Shown here: piece by piece, positions 1 through 8,989 of the stretch
Position numbering within the stretch: position 1 is the stretch's first letter
Layout of the letters: the number at the start of each line of letters is the position of its first letter
Assembly: GCA_022571985.1 (NCBI GenBank)
Contig: JACZWU010000007.1
Location: 25,986-89,985, forward strand
Origin: Candidatus Zixiibacteriota bacterium
GTDB lineage: Bacteria; Zixibacteria; MSB-5A5; GN15; FEB-12
Reading direction: 5' to 3'
DNA: 64,000 nucleotides
The notes under the pieces: generated by a model
What the model was told of the DNA's origin: nothing
The model's database searches: none
What the model saw: the letters and a program-made list of their open reading frames with translations, nothing else
Translations under genes and position numbers: made by a program

Positions 1-118
1 GAGCCACACTCGTCACCCTGAGCTTGTCGAAGGGCGGGTGGCCTACTGCTTGCGGTGGGATGTTTATCCCAATATGAAGATGGATTCCAGCCTACGCTGG
101 AAAGGCAAATGGGCGACG
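1..118. repeat. Intergenic cluster of short hairpin-forming repeat modules (mosaic, REP/BIME-like)
   Basis: Three modules are present: gtcaccctgagcttgtcgaaggg (12-35), ctactgcttgcggtgggat (42-62) and agatggattccagcctacgctggaaaggca (78-109). They recur near-identically at 58968-59108 and as variants at 2927-3248. Confidence 0.75.
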
Positions 119-2758
119 TTACAAAATTATTACCAGTTTCCCCATCTCCGTCCGGCTGTCGGACTCGACCACCCAGTAGTACAAGCCCGAAACTACGCGT
201 AATCCATTGCGGCTGATTAGTCCCCACTCGGCATGTCTCGAGGTCGGGTCGCCGGGGTCTTTGTCGTGACGAATCTCTCTGACCAAATCGCCATCAAGTG
301 AAAATATGCTGATGGTGCACTTGGGAGGAATATTTGCAAAATGAATCCGACGTACTCTTTCGCTCCAGCGGTCATCCTGATTTAAACCTTCAAAGCCGCG
401 AGCACGATAATTTGCATCGATACGATACGGATTAGGGTAGACGACTATCCGTAAACTGTCATCACCCACTGCCGGGTCAACTATTTTGGCATAAACTTGC
501 CGGGCGTTCTCTGTTATCGATGTCTCTAATGGTTCAAGATTAGATTTTGGCCAGCCAAAATCCATGGCCGTCACGCTGACATAATAGGCCACAGTCGGAA
601 TTATATCTTCGATGGTGAATTCGTACTCAAAGAATTTAAGATAACCGTCATCGGTGTAGAAGTCTGCGGTAATCGAATCTGCCGGAAGTCCTTTTGGGTC
701 AGGGGCATTGGGGAAACGCTTTGTTATGGGTGTGGTAACGCCAAACTCGGAAGAATTGCCTTCGTGTTTTTCAAAATAAAAAAGTGACTCGGGGTAATTC
801 CGATGAGCATAGGGGGAACTTGGTCTATACTGGAAAACATCAAACAGAGTGTCATCACAGCCAGCCCCATAAGCGCACCTGATTTCCCGCAGGGTCATCG
901 GAAAATCGAGTAAATCCCAGCCTGCAAAAGGCTGTTTCTCGTAGTTGTATACATACTTGTCAAAATTTTCAATATCATAGGACGCAATAAACGAATAACT
1001 CGTCTCGCGGTCATCGCGGGCCAGGTAAATGCGATAGCCTTCAAAGTCTATTAACCTGGTGAAAATATCAGGAGTGTTTTCTGACTCCTGCCCGTTAAAT
1101 CTGATATTGATTCCCTTGAAAGTCGGCGTCAGCCACATTTTTGGAGCCGGCGGCGGCAGAGCCGCTCTCCAATCCGGTACGCCGTCGCCTTTGTACCAGG
1201 TTGTCTCGGCCACAGTAGCCACCCAATTAGAATTTGCATTGAGCACCGAATCAAAAACACAGACCCGGAACTCCCCGGCGTAGCCATCGTTGTCGGTGTC
1301 GATACCGGGGTTGTCGTAAATCCATCTAGCCCATTGGGCGTTTTTTAATAAATCAGAAAAATCAAGATTGGCATAGTAGGCGTCGGGGTCATCAGGCAGG
1401 TTTTTTAGATTATCGGGAGTAGTATGAAAGTTTTCACCCATGGTCATTGCAAAGACAACCCGATAAGTGCCGCCGGGACCAACTGATCCATCAGAAAGAG
1501 AAAGTAAACATTGTAAAACCGAAGCCCCGTCTGCCACATCTGCCGCCCAGGTCTGGTCGGGATATATCCAGTTCAAGTTGTAGGGGGTTATCTTTTTGGC
1601 CTGGGCGGTTTCGTAGTCTACTTCACCGTTTCTCATCAGGAAGAATTTATTTCTGTCGCCCAACGGTTCTCCACTGCCGCCGGTCTTGAAATCGCGCAGG
1701 TTTCCGCGCATGGTTGGTCCCATATCGATAGTCGGAATGGCACTAAAAGGTGTCCACCAGTTAAAGCCGACTTCCTTATCATTGGGCAGAGAGATAAAAG
1801 AAACTCCCAGCACATCCCTGACAGATTTTGTAGGAATTCCCGCCGTATCTGGTAATGGCTCCTCGGTAAAACTACCGTTTATGGGGTCGCCGTCATTATC
1901 AGCCATCCACATCAGATTAAAAGTATCAAGAAACTCACATTCACTTTGCTCTGGAAAAGATCTGATAAAACCGGAAAAATTATCGCTACGCCAACTTTGC
2001 CAGATTTCGGGACCAGGAAGATATCCGGCTTGTACGAAAAATTGTAAACCGATAGAAAGATTCTTAATCGATTGCTCCCCTATATTGGTAATAGACAGAT
2101 CAAATAGAACTATGTCTTCTGCATAGGATAGTGACCAGGCATACGATCGCTGCGTTAACTCAATAAATAGTGGCTGATGATGCCGAAAATCCAGAAAATC
2201 TCTAACGCCCTCATGACCGTCAAATGGGTTAAACTTTATCACGATGGTATCAGTATAGACAGCAATCACATCCTGCTCTGAGACAGCATCCTCATCATAA
2301 TACGGCGAACCCCTGATGCTTGATTTTCTTTGAAGCCCCTCTAATGGAAGATCGTCCGGATTGAATTCTGAATAAGGAGGGTGATTATGAAAATTCGACG
2401 GCTCAAAAAATCCGCCATAGAAGCCTTCTGTTACGAGCGTGTCCTGGCCCAGTATACCTCCTACCCAAATTGAGCCGTATTTAATCAAATTTATTCCCGA
2501 CCCGGTCGGGTATTCACTGCCTATAAAATGCTTGCTTCCCACCAGGCAGTCATAATAGTTAGGATTTACGCCATTCCCAAAATAGCCTTTGTTGGATATA
2601 TCCAATACGAATTTGCCGACGTCATGGGCAGAAACACAGGGAACAGGAAGTTCCCAGACGTTTCTTGGAATGATAAATTGGGCCTTAGCCCTGTCAGCCC
2701 CCGGGAAGACAGTAGACAAGAAGACCATTAATAAGCACTTTGAAACGATATTTGACAT
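119..2758 (-). CDS. Large secreted protein of unknown function with a T9SS-type C-terminal sorting domain
   Basis: Long ORF. The internal ATG at 2758 gives the signal peptide MSNIVSKCLLMVFLSTVFPGADRAKAQ. The C-terminus VVYPNPY...SGLYYWVVE...GKLVIIL resembles Por/FlgD-like beta-sandwich CTDs. No catalytic motif was recognised. Confidence 0.6.
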   Translation of the reverse strand: MSNIVSKCLLMVFLSTVFPGADRAKAQFIIPRNVWELPVPCVSAHDVGKFVLDISNKGYFGNGVNPNYYDCLVGSKHFIGSEYPTGSGINLIKYGSIWVGGILGQDTLVTEGFYGGFFEPSNFHNHPPYSEFNPDDLPLEGLQRKSSIRGSPYYDEDAVSEQDVIAVYTDTIVIKFNPFDGHEGVRDFLDFRHHQPLFIELTQRSYAWSLSYAEDIVLFDLSITNIGEQSIKNLSIGLQFFVQAGYLPGPEIWQSWRSDNFSGFIRSFPEQSECEFLDTFNLMWMADNDGDPINGSFTEEPLPDTAGIPTKSVRDVLGVSFISLPNDKEVGFNWWTPFSAIPTIDMGPTMRGNLRDFKTGGSGEPLGDRNKFFLMRNGEVDYETAQAKKITPYNLNWIYPDQTWAADVADGASVLQCLLSLSDGSVGPGGTYRVVFAMTMGENFHTTPDNLKNLPDDPDAYYANLDFSDLLKNAQWARWIYDNPGIDTDNDGYAGEFRVCVFDSVLNANSNWVATVAETTWYKGDGVPDWRAALPPPAPKMWLTPTFKGINIRFNGQESENTPDIFTRLIDFEGYRIYLARDDRETSYSFIASYDIENFDKYVYNYEKQPFAGWDLLDFPMTLREIRCAYGAGCDDTLFDVFQYRPSSPYAHRNYPESLFYFEKHEGNSSEFGVTTPITKRFPNAPDPKGLPADSITADFYTDDGYLKFFEYEFTIEDIIPTVAYYVSVTAMDFGWPKSNLEPLETSITENARQVYAKIVDPAVGDDSLRIVVYPNPYRIDANYRARGFEGLNQDDRWSERVRRIHFANIPPKCTISIFSLDGDLVREIRHDKDPGDPTSRHAEWGLISRNGLRVVSGLYYWVVESDSRTEMGKLVIIL

Positions 2759-2920
2759 AATCAATCCAAACCCTATTATACAATATAACGTATGATATCC
2801 TGTTTTCCTCCAATTTTTATTATCCCCTAAGATATGGACCCTAGTTAACGTGACAGATTTTGTCAGTATAGTCTCAAAATGGAGGCTGGCTGGCCTACCC
2901 CACGGGACTTTGCTATTCAT

Positions 2921-3281
2921 AGCATAGTCCTGAGCATAGCCGAAGGGTGGGTACCAGTCACCACAAAATCACTGCAAAGCTATTACAAAATACTTTCGCG
3001 GTCCTGAAATAAAGCGGCCATGACCACGCCTGATTGCCAATGCGACCAGAGCAAAAACCCAACAACTTTTGATAACGAGAAAGTAAAATATGACAAAACG
3101 AACCCATTTGGCTCAATGCCCCACTGCTTCGACGGCTTTACGAAGATGGATTCTCGACTACTCCCCGTGAATACACGGGACTAAAGCAGGAATGACAAGA
3201 GGCGGGAATGATAAATTTGGTTCAAGACAGCCTTCGCTCAGGGTGAAGAAGTCTTTTGCAGGTGCGGTCCTATTCCAATTA
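2921..3281. repeat. Non-coding 360 bp stretch with several copies of the mosaic repeat modules
   Basis: Modules seen: gtcctgagcatagccgaagggtgg (2927-2950), ccccactgcttcgacgg (3118-), agatggattctcgac...caggaatgacaagaggcgggaatgataa (3144-3214), and cagccttcgctcagggtgaag (3228-3248, inverted orientation). Confidence 0.7.
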
Positions 3282-3956
3282 CTAACTTTTAGGTTTTTCT
3301 CTGAAGCCGATTCGGGGGAAAGGATTAACTATCGAACTGACTATATTTGTAACATGGGCGTTTATGCGCTTGAGATGTCTTGAATAAAGAGCAACTGCTA
3401 CGGCATCCTGCTGACTGATACTTTCATTAGGTTGCGACAGCAAATCGGCAACTATTTTCTCACACTGTTTGGAGATGCCTTCCTCTGAATTCATAATCTG
3501 CTGGCCATGTTCTTTATCATGATTTTTCAGAACCGTGATAGCCAGGTCAAAGTTTTCTATGACAGCGGTTTCGATATCGTTAAGAGTGCTTTCAAAAGAA
3601 CCGCCCAGCAGTTTGCCAGGGTGACCTTCGGCCAGATCAACTATGTTCTTGGTATAGTCGCCGATTCGTTCAACATCGATTACAATAGTAACCAGTATAA
3701 GTCCCGGCACCAGATTAGCATTGCCTGCCACGGCAAGATGAGTCAGTACATTGCGCCTGACCTGCCGTTCAAACTTGTTTATTTGCTTATCTTTTTTTCT
3801 GACATCAACCGGCAGTTCGGCGGTTTCAGATTCGCGCAGACTGTGTCTGGCGGCTTTGTACATCTCAAAATCGGTCTCCAGCATTTCCACCGTTGTTTCG
3901 TAAGCCTGATCTAACAGGTTTTCGGAGCCGAATAATTCTTTTAATTTTCTAAACAT
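3282..3956 (-). CDS. PhoU-family phosphate-transport regulator
   Basis: 224 aa all-helical protein with duplicated PhoU-like halves (ERIGDYTKNIV..., HLKRINAHVTNIV). It lies immediately downstream of a Na/Pi cotransporter gene. Confidence 0.8.
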   Translation of the reverse strand: MFRKLKELFGSENLLDQAYETTVEMLETDFEMYKAARHSLRESETAELPVDVRKKDKQINKFERQVRRNVLTHLAVAGNANLVPGLILVTIVIDVERIGDYTKNIVDLAEGHPGKLLGGSFESTLNDIETAVIENFDLAITVLKNHDKEHGQQIMNSEEGISKQCEKIVADLLSQPNESISQQDAVAVALYSRHLKRINAHVTNIVSSIVNPFPRIGFREKPKS

Positions 3957-3966
3957 ATTTGCTTAC

Positions 3967-5094
3967 CTACTTCAATATATAAATTAGGACTGCCGGCACT
4001 ACAAAAAAAGTGACCAGTACGTATACAAATGCAATAGAACGTGATTTTTCAGTCAGCTCTGCCATCGTTTCAGCAAGAAAGATGGGGATTTTTTTCAGCG
4101 GCCAGAAAATCGAGGTGCCGTAGATATTAAAAATCAAATGAGCAAAGGCTATAGTGACAGCCTCGTGGGAACCAGTGGCCAGAGCCGCCAAAAATGCAGT
4201 TACAGTTGTGCCGATATTGGCGCCCAGCATATAGGGATAAATTTGCCGCAGCGTTACCACCCCGGCGCCTATCAGTGGTATTACCAAAGATGTTGTAATT
4301 GAAGAAGACTGTACCAGCACTGTCAAGCCTACGCCCAATAAAAGACAGAGGACGGGGGCGCGGAAGATGTAACGCTGGAAGAAAACTTCTACTTTTGACA
4401 GAACCAATGATTTGAGAACTTTGACTATGTAGCGCAGAGCAATAAATATGAGAATAAGAGCTACAATGGCTGCCACTATTCCATTATCACCAACCGCATG
4501 GGCAATCGCTTTGGCGACAGGCTTGGTGAGTGCTGCCACTGGCGAATTAAAGGTGCCGCCGCTGAATCCTGTCAAGAATCCTTCGACGAGTCTGGCGGAT
4601 TTTGAAATTACTCCAAATATCAGCTCCAGAGGCAAAAGTACAGCTACGGTACATAAATTAAAGAAATCATGAACCGTTGCTCCGGCAAAGGCGCGCTTAA
4701 ATTCTTCGCCCCTTGAGATATGCGCCAGCGATACTATCGTGTTTGTTACCGAGGTACCAATGTTAGCGCCCATGATCATAGGCACGGCGCTTTCAAAGGA
4801 AATAGTAGCGGTGCCTACCATGCCGACAATGATAGAAGTTGTCGTCGAAGACGACTGAATAATAGAAGTTGCCAGAACTCCGATCAGCAAACCAACTATA
4901 GGGTTGGCCGTGGCCTGAAAGATAGCCTCGGCCACTTCTCTGCCCATCAGCTTAAACGATACACCCAGCAATTTAATAGAGATGATAAAAATATAAAGCA
5001 GAACGAAAAGCAAAAGTAAGCGTCCGGCGATTTCAAGTTTGCTTTGGGTAGCCGGATTGATACCCAGTCGCCTTATCTGTTTATTATCAGGCAT
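3967..5094 (-). CDS. Na+/phosphate cotransporter (NptA/PF02690 type)
   Basis: Polytopic membrane protein with duplicated QSSS(T/I)TTS and GANIGT(S/T)VT motifs typical of Na/Pi cotransporters. Confidence 0.85.
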   Translation of the reverse strand: MPDNKQIRRLGINPATQSKLEIAGRLLLLFVLLYIFIISIKLLGVSFKLMGREVAEAIFQATANPIVGLLIGVLATSIIQSSSTTTSIIVGMVGTATISFESAVPMIMGANIGTSVTNTIVSLAHISRGEEFKRAFAGATVHDFFNLCTVAVLLPLELIFGVISKSARLVEGFLTGFSGGTFNSPVAALTKPVAKAIAHAVGDNGIVAAIVALILIFIALRYIVKVLKSLVLSKVEVFFQRYIFRAPVLCLLLGVGLTVLVQSSSITTSLVIPLIGAGVVTLRQIYPYMLGANIGTTVTAFLAALATGSHEAVTIAFAHLIFNIYGTSIFWPLKKIPIFLAETMAELTEKSRSIAFVYVLVTFFVVPAVLIYILK

Positions 5095-5490
5095 GAGTTA
5101 CCAAAAATAGAGTTATAATCCCTTGATAGATTTTCCTGGGAATAGAAGCGGGCAAAGAACAATTATTTAAGATTATATTCAAACGCCGCGGTTATGTTTT
5201 AGTGTTTTGTTCTCATAACTTCTACTGGCAATCGCCGCAAATATGACTTAGTCCGAACAGGGGCGCAAGTATATTATTGCCCTGATTTTGAATCAATTGG
5301 CTGCTGCAGCCCAATTTTTGGGGCAAGTCAGAGGTTAAAATCTGCTCGTTCAGAAGTTGTTCTGTGTTGGAGACAGGGGGAGCAGCTATGGGCTGCGCCC
5401 TATATATTTCGGTCATTTCCGCCGATAGGGTAAACGGTTAAGCCGTTGACACGTTTGACGTTGTGGCTGACACCCAGGGGCTTGGGCTGT

Positions 5491-5507
5491 CGGGCAAGGA
5501 TATTGCA
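5491..5507 (+). promoter_or_regulatory. Putative sigma-54 (-24/-12) promoter of the minor-pilin operon
   Basis: Reads cGGGCAAGgataTTGCA, with GG-N10-GC spacing and an exact TTGCA -12 element. It sits about 50 nt upstream of the ATG at 5556. Confidence 0.55.
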
Positions 5508-5555
5508 ACACAAATAAGGCAATCGAAATCCGGCGTGATTTTAAGGAGTGTTTTT

Positions 5556-5936
5556 ATGAAATTAAATCAAAAAGGACTTAGCCTTTTAGAAGTTATGATA
5601 AGCATGATTCTTCTGGCGCTGGGTCTTCTTGCTATGGCTCCAATGATAGTGTTGTCCATTGAAGGAAACAATATTTCGCGCGATGTCATGACAGTATCGG
5701 AGATGGCCAAAGAAAAAATTGAGTACTACAAGGGCGTTGACCCGTTCCCGGCAGTTCCCTATTACGAGACAGAGACAAGCATCTTCGGCGGTTATAATCG
5801 CTATACCTCTATTCAGGACAGTGTCAGCGATGCCTCAATTCCCGGGGGACTTTACCAGGTAGCTATCAACATAACCTGGACGGACAAAACCGGTGTAAAT
5901 CGTTCAACTTCTTATTCGACTTACATTCAAAAATAG
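5556..5936 (+). CDS. Type IV minor pilin / pseudopilin (PilV-like)
   Basis: AAGGAG RBS at 5543. N-terminus is MKLNQKG|LSLLEVMISMILLALGLL, a class III prepilin signal with Glu at +5. The part of the ORF upstream of 5556 lacks pilin features. Confidence 0.7.
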   Translation: MKLNQKGLSLLEVMISMILLALGLLAMAPMIVLSIEGNNISRDVMTVSEMAKEKIEYYKGVDPFPAVPYYETETSIFGGYNRYTSIQDSVSDASIPGGLYQVAINITWTDKTGVNRSTSYSTYIQK

Positions 5937-5948
5937 GAATTAGCTGTT

Positions 5949-6536
5949 ATGAAATTATTTAAAATATTGAAGAAAAGAAATAATCAGGCTGGTTTTTCGA
6001 TTCTCGAAGTGCTCATTGCCGCTGTTATAACCGGTATTATAGCAACCTCGGCTTTCAGTTTTTACGTTAAGATGAGCGAGCAATCTGAGCATCAGTTTAA
6101 TGTTTCAGAGATGCACCAGTTGTGCAGAACCAGTCTTTATGATATCAGAAAGTCGTTATTGCAAGCCGGCTTTAAGTTGACGGCGCACCCGGCCTACGAA
6201 GTCAAAGGCGATACCCTGGCTGTATATTACTCGGACACTCAGCCGGTCGATACGATATTGTATTACTTAGTAGAGTACACCGACAATGAATACGGCGAAG
6301 TAGCCGAGCTGCCACAGACGCATCAATTGTACAAGCTCTTTAAGAAAGTCAACAGTGATGCTCCTGCTCTATATGCGGATTACGTTATAGGTATAAAATA
6401 CAACCAGATCGATGCCGCAAATATGATAGTATCCATAAGTGTGCATTCATTACTAAAAGATGACTCTTACCAGCCCAACGATGGCTTCAGAACATTCACG
6501 TTGAGTGAGAGAATAAATATCAGAAACATCAGTTAA
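5949..6536 (+). CDS. Type IV minor pilin (PilW-like)
   Basis: N-terminus ...NNQAG|FSILEVLIAAVITGIIA, a prepilin cleavage/methylation motif with Glu+5. Confidence 0.65.
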   Translation: MKLFKILKKRNNQAGFSILEVLIAAVITGIIATSAFSFYVKMSEQSEHQFNVSEMHQLCRTSLYDIRKSLLQAGFKLTAHPAYEVKGDTLAVYYSDTQPVDTILYYLVEYTDNEYGEVAELPQTHQLYKLFKKVNSDAPALYADYVIGIKYNQIDAANMIVSISVHSLLKDDSYQPNDGFRTFTLSERINIRNIS

Positions 6537-6551
6537 AACGGAACAAAACTA

Positions 6552-7715
6552 ATGAAAATGATACTGTCAAATCAAAAAGGAACGGCCATACTAATAGCTT
6601 TGTCATTAATTGCCATGCTGGTTGCAGTCGGCATAATGTCAGTTGACCGTTCAACCACAGATATAGAACTGTCGTTCAACCAGCTTCACGAAGAGCAGTC
6701 GTTCTACGGAGCCGAGGCGGGTATCGCCAGAGCGATGGTCGAAATCAACAGAAACTTCAGCTGGAGAGGACCTATCGTCGGCGAGCAGCTGGATGGCAGC
6801 GAATACACAGTTATTGTTTTAGACTCAACCTGGGATTCCACTCTGGCCGACACTGTTATAATTCGCTCAACTGCCAGGCGCGAGGGCGCAGCGGTTAACC
6901 TCGAAGTCTGGATTGCGCCATACTACTTCCAGCCTTTTCGATATGCAGCTTACGGGGCCGACAGTATCATAATGAGAAATACTTCCTGTACAGACTCATA
7001 CAACTCGGACTCCGGCTCCTATGATTCCACAGTATTGTTTGAAGGCGGGGATATCGGAACCAATGGTGTAATAATTATGGCCAACACTGCCAATGTTTAT
7101 GGCGATGCCTCTACATCTGGCGGCACCATTACACTTGACGGTTCTGCAACAATTTCCGGTGATACCAGTACTTCCGAAGCGCCAATGGATATGTCTGCAA
7201 TAGATGCCGGTGACTATTCCTGGGCTCAAGCAAATAGTCTGGCGCCTTCGGGTTTTACCGGTTCATATACTTATATTCCTTTTACAGATGAGCTTAGACT
7301 CAATAATTATGACACCCTAGTACTTTCAGACGGTGTTTACTACTTCTCCAGTTTAACACTTGGCCAGGACGCTAGTCTGCAAATAGCTCCGGGGGCTGAC
7401 GTAACAATCTACATGACAGGTGACCTGACAATAGGTCAGTTTTCGTCAGTGAATCACGGCGGCTCGGCTGCCGACCTCACTGTTTACTCTCAAGGTAACA
7501 TGCTAGAACTTCGTAACCATACTGAGTTCGTCGGCGCTTTCTGGGGAACAAACACAAGCATATTTATAGAGAATAACACGGATATATATGGTTCGATAAT
7601 TGGCGCATCGGTTAACATAGAGAATAGCGCCTGTATTCATTTTGACCGATCTCTCTTGAAACTCATTACAACAGCGATTGAGCGCATGGACATTGTCGCC
7701 TGGCGCCAAATGTAA
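6552..7715 (+). CDS. PilX-N-domain pilus tip/minor pilin-like protein, paralog 1
   Basis: N-terminus NQKGTAILIALSLIAMLVAVGIMSVDRSTTDIELSFN is PilX_N-like (no Glu+5). A Gly/Thr/Ser-rich beta-helix-like middle follows. Conserved C-terminus YGSIIG...ACIHFDRSL...VAWRQ. Confidence 0.65.
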   Translation: MKMILSNQKGTAILIALSLIAMLVAVGIMSVDRSTTDIELSFNQLHEEQSFYGAEAGIARAMVEINRNFSWRGPIVGEQLDGSEYTVIVLDSTWDSTLADTVIIRSTARREGAAVNLEVWIAPYYFQPFRYAAYGADSIIMRNTSCTDSYNSDSGSYDSTVLFEGGDIGTNGVIIMANTANVYGDASTSGGTITLDGSATISGDTSTSEAPMDMSAIDAGDYSWAQANSLAPSGFTGSYTYIPFTDELRLNNYDTLVLSDGVYYFSSLTLGQDASLQIAPGADVTIYMTGDLTIGQFSSVNHGGSAADLTVYSQGNMLELRNHTEFVGAFWGTNTSIFIENNTDIYGSIIGASVNIENSACIHFDRSLLKLITTAIERMDIVAWRQM

Positions 7716-7751
7716 TTTATGTGTATTAACTTCATGAAGGGTTAAATTATT

Positions 7752-8939
7752 ATGGTAGTAACAAAATATATCAATAAAGTCATTGCCTCCCAAAAAGGCA
7801 CCGCAATTTTAATAGTAATGGCATTGATTGCCATGCTGACAAGCGTGGCCATTATGTCTGTTAACCGCTCCACGACTGATATTGATCTGTCATTTAATGC
7901 CTTGAATGAAGACAAAGCGTTTTATGTAGCAGAGGCCGGTGCGCAGAGGGCATTAGTAGAAATGAATAAGGATAATGCCTGGAGAAGAGGTTTTCACAAA
8001 CAGGTTTTGGATGGCGGTTATTATAATATATCGCTGGTCGATACTCTGACAGACACTACTCTGGCTGATACTATCCTATTGAGCGCCAAGGGGTATTTTG
8101 ACCAATCAATTTCTAACCTTGAAGTCTGGATAACGCCCGTCTATTATTATCCGTATCGATACGGATTGTTCGCCGGCCAGGACCTGAACATTGCAAGGAA
8201 CGCCTGCGTAGACGCTTTTAACTCTGATTCGGGCACTTATGCCGAAACCCAGTTCAACGAAGACGGTGACATTGGTGCCAATGGTAACATAATTATTGAT
8301 AAATTTGTAACGATTGGCGGCGATGCCAATACTGCGCTGGGCGGCTCGCTATTTGTTGACAATGGGTCAGTTATATTGGGAGACACATCGACTACGCAGG
8401 ACTCTGTCAGTCTGGACATGATTCCGCAGTCGGAATACGACTGGGCCAAGTCGGTAAGCAATGCGCCAGCCGGACTTTCCGGAGCGGGTTATACTTATGA
8501 CGCTGCAACTCAATCACTAATTACCGATGCGTCAGGAAGTGTGGAGTTTCAAAGCGGAGTATATTACTTTTCTTCAATCGACCTGGGACAGCTATCGACT
8601 CTGACTCTGGCGCCAGGTGCCAAAGTCACCATCTATGTCGATAGCAATCTTACTTTCGAGCAAGGCTCCACTATTAACGATGGCGGCTCACCGAGGGCTT
8701 TGGAAATCTTTTCACAATACGGATCACTACAATTTGACCAGGATAATACGTTTTATGGGACATTTTATGGCCCGAACGCTGATATTTTCTATGACCAGAC
8801 TACCCAGGTATATGGCTCTTTAATTGGCAATTCCCTAACGATTGATAGGAATGCCTGTTTTCATTATGACCAATCCCTCTATGATATAAAGGGTCGTTCA
8901 ACCGGCGAGATGGAGGCTGTAGCCTGGAGACAGAATTAA
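7752..8939 (+). CDS. PilX-N-domain protein, paralog 2
   Basis: Same architecture and shared blocks: SQKGTAILIV, SVNRSTTDIDLSFN, GVYYFSSIDLGQ, APGAKVTIY, FYGTFYGPN, ACFHYD, VAWRQ. Confidence 0.65.
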   Translation: MVVTKYINKVIASQKGTAILIVMALIAMLTSVAIMSVNRSTTDIDLSFNALNEDKAFYVAEAGAQRALVEMNKDNAWRRGFHKQVLDGGYYNISLVDTLTDTTLADTILLSAKGYFDQSISNLEVWITPVYYYPYRYGLFAGQDLNIARNACVDAFNSDSGTYAETQFNEDGDIGANGNIIIDKFVTIGGDANTALGGSLFVDNGSVILGDTSTTQDSVSLDMIPQSEYDWAKSVSNAPAGLSGAGYTYDAATQSLITDASGSVEFQSGVYYFSSIDLGQLSTLTLAPGAKVTIYVDSNLTFEQGSTINDGGSPRALEIFSQYGSLQFDQDNTFYGTFYGPNADIFYDQTTQVYGSLIGNSLTIDRNACFHYDQSLYDIKGRSTGEMEAVAWRQN

Positions 8940-8989
8940 TAGACAGCGAATGCCAATAGAATAGACGCGCTAACAGGGGGTAGGTTACG

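Noticed and set aside
1686-2126. Antisense ORFs of 60-176 aa inside long genes. Examples: 1686-2126, 3507-3914, 17833-18357, 31314-31844, 38735-39190, 40930-41340.
   Set aside because: They lie fully within well-supported CDS on the opposite strand. They lack RBS and motifs and have low-complexity or Arg/Ser-rich translations typical of shadow ORFs.
2759-2920. N-terminal extensions given by the ORF track. Examples: 2759-2920, 5463-5555, 19120-19278, 43331-43414, 52146-52262.
   Set aside because: Internal ATG codons with RBS produce proper signal peptides, prepilin leaders or lipoboxes. The upstream parts overlap neighbouring genes or lack coding features.
5222-5416. 64-aa ORF ending in ICGDCQ, in the 460-bp spacer between the Na/Pi transporter and the pilin operon. 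I considered it as a possible small Cys peptide or RiPP precursor.
   Set aside because: It has a weak RBS, no adjacent modification enzymes and no hydrophobic or leader-like features. The region more likely holds divergent promoters and activator sites. Not supportable as a gene.
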